Made by a program: the position numbers and the translations under genes. From the NCBI GenBank assembly GCA_022616475.1, contig JAKEEP010000056.1:900-64899 (forward strand): a stretch of DNA of 64,000 nucleotides, in the 5' to 3' direction. The DNA comes from Phycisphaerales bacterium. GTDB lineage: Bacteria; Planctomycetota; Phycisphaerae; Phycisphaerales; SM1A02. Every line of letters starts with the position of its first letter. Positions within the stretch are counted from its first letter, which is position 1. Shown piece by piece: positions 10,701-18,600 of this stretch. The notes beneath the pieces are model-generated. The model was not told the origin of the DNA. It made no database searches and saw only the letters and a program-made list of their open reading frames with translations.

Positions 10701-11972
10701 AGGGTTCGCCAGTTAGGTGATCGAATCGGCGGTGTTGACGAGGTGAAGCGATTGCTCGCCGGATTGGATGCGGAGATCAAAGACGAGCGGCCAGTGCTCG
10801 ATTTCAAATTGCTGGGACCGGCGCGGACAAGCACGGCGGGAGCGGCGGGTTGGAAATTCGAGCGGGCCAACGGTGAAGAGAATGTGACGTATGCGTGGAC
10901 CAGCGGCTCGGGTCGAAAGCACGAGCTGACATTCGCGCGTGTGGAAGCCCAGAATTCGGCCAGCGGAAGTACATCGTCGAGCTACCTGTGCACGACCGAA
11001 ATGCCGGTTGGGATGGTGATTGACTGGGTTGATGAGCGTGGTGATTGGGCGAGGTTCTACGAGAGCATGAATTCGCCCAACCCCGAAACTGGCGGGTGGA
11101 AGGGGCCGCGCTGTTGGACATGGCGGTATCCCGAAGACTTGAAGCGCGGCTTCACAACCAACGCGCACTGGCTGTGGGACGACATGCTCTGGCCGGCGGG
11201 TCAACAATACCCAGAGGCCTTGAGGGTGCAAGGAGGGGACCGAATGAGCCTCAACCCTGCTTTTGGTGGTGATCCGACACCAAGCCATCCGATTCAGGGG
11301 ATTCCGCTTCAAGCGACGCTCTACTTGGCGTGGTCGCTGGAGTGCCGATTGCCGACGCCTGACGAATGGCGGGCCGCCTGGAAGAGCCAGAGCGAGACCG
11401 GCGCCAAGCCGAATCTGAGAGACCTGACGTGGAAGATGCAGCACGACTATGTCAAGGAGTGCCGAGGGCAAGAAAGGGGAAGGGCGTTGAATAACTGGCC
11501 TGACGATCGCGCCTTTCCAGAGGAAGGCGAGGGTGCTCAGATCGCTGTCAACGCCGATGATCGCACGCTGTGGTTCGACCGAGTCAAGACTCAGGGAGAC
11601 GAGCGCGAAGGCAACACGAGCTTTTTTCACCTGGTGGGAAATGTGGCGGAGTTCGTTTGCGAAGATGTGCAGCTTGTGACCGACCTGAAGCTCGATGAGG
11701 GCGATCCGTTCAAACTGATCAACAATCGATTCAAGGGCAAATGGGACAAGCTTGGGGTGATCGGTGGCTCGGCCCTCACGAGCAAGGATGTCTCGGTGGA
11801 TGCGGTCGATAAGATGCGAACCATTAAGACGTCAACCGGCCTTCCTCCAAGTTCGGGATATTCGGACGTTGGGATGCGGCTGGCGTTCAGCGCGGGACCG
11901 GCGCAGCGGCCGTTGCTGACGCGCGTGCGCAGCCTGCTCGAGAAAGAGGATTGGTACCTGGCAGCGCAATGA
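7713..11972 (+). CDS. Kinase-like (probably pseudokinase) membrane protein with a C-terminal FGE-sulfatase (SUMF1-like) domain
   Basis: The N-terminus is protein-kinase-like: G-loop-like SGVRGSLY, FAVKTF lysine, helix-C FLESARIQ. The catalytic loop reads RPNGNVKPSNVLF where HRDLKPxN is expected. VLSDPLP stands in place of DFG. A single TM helix follows (WPWVAGGSAAAAAAAIAVILIL), then a ~750-aa helical/charged region. The C-terminal FGE-sulfatase motifs are LPTPDEWRAAWK, FHLVGNVAEFVCED, VIGGSAL and SDVGMRLAFS. Confidence 0.8.
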   Translation: MPTYGGYETVRELYSGVRGSLYSARMAGTQEAPSFAVKTFTPAYGGGGWARGETELFLESARIQKRLAETEPNFWAPILEFGAEGEAFYVTKLYARSAQDLVGGRVRLSSWQLARIVGAVIAGLRHIQQASKRPNGNVKPSNVLFGGGDLETCEIVLSDPLPDRRLGADRSEAVDLKALGGLIGALVLHRAGVGEEEVANSSPAAWKGLGKDSAAWRELCLRLLRATAAEPGTTLEAAAGEAERLGRKRKQAWPWVAGGSAAAAAAAIAVILILRMEPPPEPVAPGDPTWRRLCLEHESWFRNLRRSENLRQLGGVAGELQTLRSLPAEKKSDDPLNPYRMGAGEGLTRIDELAGLQLDTRLIQKATGALKTIDAVRAELKGWEARGALQELLVVAEQNKLGDASKHLEELLEQSAPPEREPLEEAANIPERLVGEAASELAKPDVAEIAALIWAHREAVKALPGQFQLVAGSGDAVAARFTEFVLKEAGGEATAQQFLQKLSDRHPLGEKLAKAVQDRWPKVDQAYFKKHADVYGETVMGEGTFARWIERVAMNDFGLLAAKDDPRSGWNGPEELTMARREASEVEALNSKDPDPKIAADLASANQKLNEFEARIAELSGFEWNRENKDVIQSRSAELRNSMASVGLSLEHMKGELIGGCEEYIASAKREGRISPSDAVNAFWVRVRDERIAGASTCQNARSQIRPIREKLVKFEEELPRGLAAAKAPTTYDAEKGNAAAAKKRESIIAAALSAEGAAEGDLTNQASIAREEFERWQRDAARVVESFAAVEDRLQETLGFDLKGDKTVLALYAEAKGEPFSELAESLELVNRRLKAMEDIRAGHDSATLRQHLLQGDVPTRVAAWIQLGAVESWPQGLDDLQRETEMWAELRGEMEKAAGGGERRRAVAQTIGNELAREAPKRWNRFCRGLDFKKLDRRTVNAAGAALDKLGEHKGDAEPSLRYDLLLCDLTLAIGTEPGLEDAQLKAVLAGFDDRVRQLGDRIGGVDEVKRLLAGLDAEIKDERPVLDFKLLGPARTSTAGAAGWKFERANGEENVTYAWTSGSGRKHELTFARVEAQNSASGSTSSSYLCTTEMPVGMVIDWVDERGDWARFYESMNSPNPETGGWKGPRCWTWRYPEDLKRGFTTNAHWLWDDMLWPAGQQYPEALRVQGGDRMSLNPAFGGDPTPSHPIQGIPLQATLYLAWSLECRLPTPDEWRAAWKSQSETGAKPNLRDLTWKMQHDYVKECRGQERGRALNNWPDDRAFPEEGEGAQIAVNADDRTLWFDRVKTQGDEREGNTSFFHLVGNVAEFVCEDVQLVTDLKLDEGDPFKLINNRFKGKWDKLGVIGGSALTSKDVSVDAVDKMRTIKTSTGLPPSSGYSDVGMRLAFSAGPAQRPLLTRVRSLLEKEDWYLAAQ

Positions 11973-12015
11973 AGGGGTCGCCGGGGATCGTTCTGGAGTG
12001 AAGCGATTGGGTTGG

Positions 12016-12294
12016 TTACTCGCCCGGTGCGTTGAGGCGTCCGGCTTCGGTGACTCGGATGCGATGAAGCTCGGCGGATCGGCCGGCCGCATATCCAGCA
12101 AAAAGCTCGTGGCCCAGTGCATCGCCGGCGCCGACTTTGCCGTCGGAAACCTGGACGAATTGAGATTCGGGCTGCCAAAGCGGTTCAGCCGAGGTTGTGG
12201 AATCCTCGACCATCGATTCGAATCGCGTAGAGCATCCGGTGAGGGCGGCGCAGCCCGCCAATCCGAGCAAGCAAGCAACGATGAATCGGCGCAT
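12016..12294 (-). CDS. Small lipoprotein (92 aa), the only minus-strand gene inside the cluster
   Basis: The N-terminus MRRFIVACLLGLAGCAALTGC has lipobox-like LAGC/LTGC. A purine-rich stretch (AGGGG) lies ~7-12 nt upstream of the ATG on the minus strand. The competing + strand ORF 11998..12300 has no such features. Confidence 0.5.
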   Translation of the reverse strand: MRRFIVACLLGLAGCAALTGCSTRFESMVEDSTTSAEPLWQPESQFVQVSDGKVGAGDALGHELFAGYAAGRSAELHRIRVTEAGRLNAPGE

Positions 12295-12598
12295 GATTGA
12301 ACCCCTGAACGAGCTCTATAACTAGAAAGGACACATCCCTAACAAACGCCCGGAAACCATCGATCCAAACCGCCTGATGCTGAAGGCGGAGTTCGAACGC
12401 GGATCGAGGGTCGAGGTTGCCCAACCGGAACAAGTGGATGGGTTGGGTTAAACGGGAGAACGAGCGCACAATGATGGGGCGATCGCTCGCCTTGGCGTGC
12501 GGTTCGAAGCGGTGACGAACGCGTCAAATTGAGAGCATGATCTGTTGATTAGGGGCGCGAGCGTTATAATCGCTCGTTGGGCTCAGTAGTCGACGAAC

Positions 12599-13537
12599 AT
12601 GCTCAACGAAACACAAGCAGCAGCGCCAGCGGGGAGGAAGAAACCGCCGGCAGCGGCGGCGATGGCGGGCCGATTGCGCCTGCTCCAAGCGGAATTGGCG
12701 GATGAAAGTCCCGAGGCGCGGCAACAATTGCTTGCCGATGAGATTGAGCGCGCGCTGCGGGCGATCGCGCCGGATGATCGGCCGGGGTTTTTGAAGAATC
12801 TAGAAGCACTGTTTCCGACCTGGGACGCGCGGGTGGATGTTTCGACTGAAGTGAAGCCGTCGGCGCGCTCCTTGACCGATGAGCGCGAATTGCGCGATCC
12901 AAGCTTTCTGGTTTCGCGGCTGGTTGAAGTTGCAAGCGCGCTTTCAGCGGAGCAGCGTCGGCAAGTGATCAATCGATTGCAGGAAGGGGGGCTGACGCCA
13001 CCGAATCAAGGAGGCTTGCCGAGCGCGGCGACCAAGCTGGTACGCGAGCAATTGAAATTGGGAGATGAGGCGGCGATTCACGCGGCACGGACGATGGAAT
13101 TGACGGCGCTGCTGGCACAGATGGCCGGATTGCTCGATCCGGTGGTGCGCGAAGCGTGGAAGCAAATTGCGCCGCGATCGGCCGTGCGGCGCTCAGGGGA
13201 TTTGAACAAGATCATGGGGAAGTTTGCACTTGGCGACGAGAACGTGCCGCGCGGTCAGGTGCAGCAGGAACTCGAGGTGCTTCGAAGCCTGACGGCGGCG
13301 CTGATCCAGGCGGTGGGCTCGGTGGGCAAACAGTTCGCGCAAGGGTTCCGGAAGTACGCGCCGACGGAAATCGAGGGGCTGGCTCGGATTGAAAAGAAGT
13401 TCACCGAATCCCTCGATGCGGCGTGCTGGCGAAAATTCAAGGAGCTGGCGAGCGATCTGGATGAGGCAACGATTGAGTCAACGATTCGGCAGTTAATTGC
13501 GACATATGCCGAGAGCTGTTTGGGACACCGTCGATGA
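12599..13537 (+). CDS. Hypothetical helical cytoplasmic protein (312 aa) immediately upstream of tssK
   Basis: The ORF ends 23 nt before tssK on the same strand. The sequence is rich in Ala/Leu/Glu/Arg and has no TM helix or signal peptide. No FHA signature (GR...SRxH...NG) is visible. Confidence 0.65.
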   Translation: MLNETQAAAPAGRKKPPAAAAMAGRLRLLQAELADESPEARQQLLADEIERALRAIAPDDRPGFLKNLEALFPTWDARVDVSTEVKPSARSLTDERELRDPSFLVSRLVEVASALSAEQRRQVINRLQEGGLTPPNQGGLPSAATKLVREQLKLGDEAAIHAARTMELTALLAQMAGLLDPVVREAWKQIAPRSAVRRSGDLNKIMGKFALGDENVPRGQVQQELEVLRSLTAALIQAVGSVGKQFAQGFRKYAPTEIEGLARIEKKFTESLDAACWRKFKELASDLDEATIESTIRQLIATYAESCLGHRR

Positions 13538-13560
13538 ATGCCAGAGCAAGAAGTTAACAC

Positions 13561-14934
13561 ATGGCGATACCGGAACAGATTCATTGGCACGAGGGCTTGT
13601 TTCTTCAGCCGCATCATTTGCAGTTGATGCAGCATCAGTTGCATTTGTTGCATGAGGAGCAGCGGCGGGTGGGATGGGGATATCCCTACGGCCTCATCGA
13701 GGCAAAGCTCTCAGCGGATCGGCTGGAGAACATGGTGGTTGGGTTTGATCGACTGCACCTGGTGATGCCAAACGGCGTGGAAGTGGATGTGCCGGGCAAT
13801 GCCGACCTGCCGACGCTGGACATCAAGCACGCGTTGACGGCCAGCAGCGGATCACTGATGGTCTATGTTGGAGTTCCACGGTGGTCGGCGGACCGGGCGA
13901 ACACGATCGAGAGCGATGACAATTGGCGCGAGCGGCGGCTGTATCGGGTGAAGAAGGTGGACCGTCCGGATGAGAACACCGGGCAGAACCTGCAGCCGGT
14001 GATGGTGCGGCGGATCAACGCGCGGCTGCTGCTTGAGAACGATGATCAGACAGACTTGGAAGTCATGCCTCTGCTGAAGATCGGGTACGCCACTGGGGAG
14101 AAGGTGAGCTTGCCGAAGCAGGATCCCTCGTTCATTCCGCCGTGCCTGGTGTTGTCGGGCTCGCCGACGCTGCGTGAGCTGGTGCGCGACTTGGCGAATC
14201 AGGTTGAAGCGAGCCGCTCCGAGCAGCGGATCAAGCTGACCAGCGGCGGCTTTAGTCTGGAGACGATGCGGGGCGTGCAGTTTTCGCAGATGCTGCGATT
14301 GCGCACATTGAGCCGTTACGGAGCGCGACTGGCGAGCGTGTGGCAGGTTCCGGCAGCAACGCCATTCCAGATTTATTTGGAGTTGAGAGAGTTGCTGGCC
14401 GAGCTTTCGGCTTTGGCGCCGGATCGCGATCAATACGAAGTGTCGAAATACGATCACGACAATCCGGGCGTGGCGTTTTATGAGTTGAACAAGAAGATCA
14501 GACCGCTGCTGAAGCCCGAAGGCCGGGCGACGTGGCTGAAGCTCGATTTCAAGCTCAATGGAAAGGTGCTGGCGGCGGAACTCAGCGAAGATCATCTCTC
14601 CAAGCCCAACGAGTACTTCCTGGCGATCAAGACCGGGCAGGATCCGCGGCAACTGGCGCGCCTGGTCGAGGACAAGGATCAGTTCAAGCTGATGCCACTG
14701 AGCTTGGCGGGCAAGAAGATCTACGGCGTGAGGCTGGTGGAGGAGCGTCATCCGCCGCTGGAGTTGCCGGCACAAATCGGCTTGAACTATTTCAGATTGT
14801 CGCGTGCCGACAGCGATCGAATTTGGGACCGTGTGAAGTCGGAGAAGAAGCTTTCGCTGGAGTGGCCGAACCTCGAGGGCTCGGATTTCCGGGACAACGT
14901 GGCGCTGTACATGACGGTGGCTGATGGGAGTTGA
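13561..14934 (+). CDS. tssK: T6SS baseplate protein TssK
   Basis: The N-terminus IHWHEGLFLQPHHLQLMQ matches the characteristic TssK opening (W-x-EG-x-FL-x-PQHFQ). Size is ~450 aa. It is followed by tssL and tssM with overlapping stop/start codons. Confidence 0.9.
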   Translation: MAIPEQIHWHEGLFLQPHHLQLMQHQLHLLHEEQRRVGWGYPYGLIEAKLSADRLENMVVGFDRLHLVMPNGVEVDVPGNADLPTLDIKHALTASSGSLMVYVGVPRWSADRANTIESDDNWRERRLYRVKKVDRPDENTGQNLQPVMVRRINARLLLENDDQTDLEVMPLLKIGYATGEKVSLPKQDPSFIPPCLVLSGSPTLRELVRDLANQVEASRSEQRIKLTSGGFSLETMRGVQFSQMLRLRTLSRYGARLASVWQVPAATPFQIYLELRELLAELSALAPDRDQYEVSKYDHDNPGVAFYELNKKIRPLLKPEGRATWLKLDFKLNGKVLAAELSEDHLSKPNEYFLAIKTGQDPRQLARLVEDKDQFKLMPLSLAGKKIYGVRLVEERHPPLELPAQIGLNYFRLSRADSDRIWDRVKSEKKLSLEWPNLEGSDFRDNVALYMTVADGS

Positions 14935-15656
14935 TGATGACGCTGCTTGAGCTTTGCGAGCCGCTGTTTCAGACAGTGTGTCGCTTGAACCGGTCGGGGC
15001 GCAAGGGGCTGAACCCGAATTTCCACGATGAGCGTGCAAAGATCAACGCGCTGTTGTCGGACATGAAGGCGCGGGCGCAAAGCACGCCGGGAGTGGCCGA
15101 CCAGTATGAGAAGGTGGAGCTGGCGCTGATCTTCTTTGTTGATTCAATGATCGCCGAGAGCAAGCTTGGTTTTGCGTCGGAATGGAACGCCGAGAGACTG
15201 GCGGAGAATCTGCACCCGCCGCAACTGGGAGGCGATGAGCGATTCTTTGATCTGTTGGATGAAGCGCTGGCGGACCGGAGCCATGGGGCAAGCGAGCGGC
15301 TGCAGGTTTTCTACACGTGCCTGGGGCTGGGATTTACGGGTTTCTATGCGGGACAGCCGGAATACCTGCGGCGGAAGATGAACGAGATTTCCTCGCGGCT
15401 CAAAGGGGTGAGCGAGTCGGAGTTGGCGAGCCGCATCTGCCCCGAGACCTATGAGCACATCAACACGGCTGACCTGGTAGAGCCGCCTGGAGTCAGGCTG
15501 GCGGGGTGGGCGATTGCAGTCGCCGCATTGATTGTGATCGTGTTCGCGGCGAACTTCACGCTGTTTCGAACCACGCGCAATGACCTGAAGGATTCGTTGG
15601 AGGAGATTACCCGGAAGGGCAACCCAAGCGCGTTGGCGGGGGAGGTCCAGCCATGA
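14934..15656 (+). CDS. tssL: T6SS membrane-complex protein TssL (DotU family)
   Basis: Cytoplasmic DotU-like domain (LALIFFVDSMIAES, FYTCLGLGFTGFYAG) with a single C-terminal TM helix (WAIAVAALIVIVFAANFTLF). The start overlaps the tssK stop. The stop overlaps the tssM start (ATGA). Confidence 0.85.
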   Translation: MMTLLELCEPLFQTVCRLNRSGRKGLNPNFHDERAKINALLSDMKARAQSTPGVADQYEKVELALIFFVDSMIAESKLGFASEWNAERLAENLHPPQLGGDERFFDLLDEALADRSHGASERLQVFYTCLGLGFTGFYAGQPEYLRRKMNEISSRLKGVSESELASRICPETYEHINTADLVEPPGVRLAGWAIAVAALIVIVFAANFTLFRTTRNDLKDSLEEITRKGNPSALAGEVQP

Positions 15657-18600
15657 CCGGGTTGCTCTCATCGTTTTTCAATCTGCCCAAGCCGCTGCAG
15701 GCGGCTTCGAGCTTGGCGGCGGGCGGGAGCGTGGTGGCGGTGGTGTTGTTGGCCATGGGCGGATACACGATCGTGGCGGCAGTCATCCTGATCGGTTTCG
15801 CGGTTCTGGCCGGTCTGTTGTTGCTCTATCGATCGATTCTGAAATGGCGACAGAAGGTGAAGGCGGCACCGTTCGTGCGGGAAATCGCCGAAAGCACCTC
15901 TGCGGTTCCGCAAGGGGCCGGCGGAGCGGCCGCCCGAGCCAGCATGGATGACATGCGCAAGAAGTTCGAGTCGGGCATGGCGACGTTTCGAACGCACGGC
16001 AAGAACATCTACGCGTTGCCGTGGTACGTGTTTGTCGGCGAGCCGGGGTCGGGCAAAACCGAAGCGATCAGGCACTGCAATATCGGTTTCCCGCCTGGTT
16101 TGCAAAACGAGCTTCAGGGCACCGGCGGAACCATCAACATGGATTGGTGGTTCACCAATCACGCGGTCATTCTGGACACGGCCGGGAAAATGGTGATGGC
16201 CGATGTGGACAGCCCGGCTACGAGCCTATGGACCGAGTTCCTCAAGCTGCTGGCGCGGCACCGCCCAAATTGCCCGATCAACGGACTGCTGCTGGCGATC
16301 TCGGCGGAGAGCCTGATCAACGACACGGCGGAGGCGATCGAGAAAAAGGGCGGAAAGCTGGCGCGGCAACTGGACCACATTCAGCGAGCGCTGGGCGTGC
16401 GATTCCCCGTTTTCGTGGTCATCACCAAGTCCGACAAGATCAACGGCTTCCGGGATTTCTTTGATGACATCGGCGATCCGCAGATGCAACACCAGATCTT
16501 TGGCTGGTCGAATCCGGCGCCGCTCGATGAGGAATTCAAGCCGGATCAAGTCGAGCGATGCTTGCAGGAGATTCGCACGCGTCTGGTTCGAAGGCGCCTG
16601 GCCTTGCTGCGCGATCCGATACACAGCGAGGACGAAGGCGGCCGGCGGATCGACCAGATTGACTCGATGTACGATTTCCCGAACGAGATCGTGAATCAAT
16701 TGGCGCCGCGCCTGCGGCGGTATTTGGAAATGATCTTTGTCGCCGGAACATGGGCGACCAAGCCCTTGTTCCTGCGCGGGATTTACTTCACATCGGCGAT
16801 GCGCGAAGGCGAGGAGCTCGACAAAGCGCTGGCGAACTTGTACGGCGTGGCGGTGGAGGCGCTCCCTGGCGGCCGCGCCTGGTCGCGCGACAAGGCGTAT
16901 TTCCTTCGCGACCTGTTCCTGAACAAAGTCTTCCGCGAGAAGGGCTTGGTGACGCGCGCCGGGAACACAAAGAAGCTGCAACAACGGCGCCGGCAGGCGC
17001 TGCTGGCAACGGCATGCGGCGGATTGCTCCTGGTCGGGGCGTTGACGTTATGGGGCGTCTTCGCGCTCAGCAAGAGCGTGGTCGAGCCCGGGCGGTTTTG
17101 GGGATCGGTTTCGAAGGCCATGGAGCCCAAGCACCAGCGCAAGATTCTGGCGCGGGTTGACGACATTCTGGTCTATGGCGGGGATGATCGAATCGAGGAG
17201 AAAGGCGAGCCGATCATTGTGGGAGAGCCGGCAACGCTGGCTGGAGCCGTGGCCAGAGTGCACGAGCGAGCGGCGGAGAACATCAAAGTTCATCCGATTT
17301 TCTATCCCGCGAATTTTGCATCGCGCCAGTTGCTGGATAGCGAGAGGCACGCCGCTGCGGAGGCGTTCTTCAGCGCGAACGTCCTGCAACCGTTGGTTGA
17401 GGAAACGCGCCAGGGCTTGCACAAGCAGAAGCAATGGGGCGATCGCGATGCTGAGGTCCAGGCGCTGACAGAACTCGTGCGGATGGAGGTGGCGGCGGAG
17501 GTGGAGGGGCCGCAGGAGCAGCCGATGGCCCTTGGACCGCTGCTTGCCTACGCGCTGCGACCTACCGAAAGCGATGGAGGAACCGGCGGCGAGGCGGCCG
17601 CTGCCGATGGGGAGTCAAGTGATGTCATCGAGCGCGACAAGGCGCTTGGCGACGCCGAGAGCCTGCAGAAAACGATGAACTGGTTGTATGGCTCGGCCGA
17701 GGACCAGCTGAGCCTGCCCTGGCCGCCCAGCGACCTAGGCGCGGGCACCAAAGACGCGCGTGATGGCATCACCAGGGCGATCGAGTCGTTCAAGACGCAT
17801 GCGCAGAGCCGATACGGCGGTGGCGTTCACGGGGACGTGCAACGGCTGGTTGAACAGCTTTCGAGATTCGCTGAGATTGAGCGCGGGCTCCATGCGATGT
17901 CGGGCCAGTTTGAGACGGGCAATGCGGATGCACTGGTGCGGGAGTGGAACGAAAAGCTGGCGGCGCTTCAGGCTGCAGCCAAGGAGATTGAAAGCAACAC
18001 GGCGAACCTGGGATCGTCGACCCTGACAGACTTGAACAATCAGTTGCTGAAGCGAGACAAGGCCATTCTGGATGGACAACTCCAGAACCTTCGCACGGCG
18101 CTCAAACCGCTGAATATTCCGGCCGATGACGCCGGTTCGGCCAAGTCGAAGCATGAACCGGTTGACCCGTTCTTTGTGACGGTGCATCGCAGCATCGGAG
18201 AGATTCAGGCGTTCAGTCCGAGCGCGGTCCAGCAGGAGGAAATCGCGCGCCGGCTCAGGGAATTCGATCAGATTTACCTGGCGCGGGCGGAGGAACCGAG
18301 CAAGCGGCGGCTGTTTGAGATCCGCAATCACATGTACCGCCTGGCTGACGATGAGATCAAACGAGCGGCCAGTTCCGGCGAAACCAAGGATCTCAAGGCC
18401 GAAATAGAGCGATTTGTGCGGGCAGGCGCTGCGGCGATGGACGGCATCCGAGGGGACGCCGCGGCGCTGACTCCGCTGGCGCTCAGGGAACCGGCGACAG
18501 CGGTCTCGACGGGTGCGGCGGCGCTGGCGTCACGACTGGCCACTCAGAATCTGGCGCACTCGTTCTTGAGCTCGCTCCCCGAACGCGCGACTGAATTGGC

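Noticed and set aside
11998-12300. A 100-aa + strand ORF overlapping the small minus-strand lipoprotein gene.
   Set aside because: It has no start context or motif. The minus-strand frame has a textbook lipoprotein leader, so that frame was preferred, at moderate confidence.
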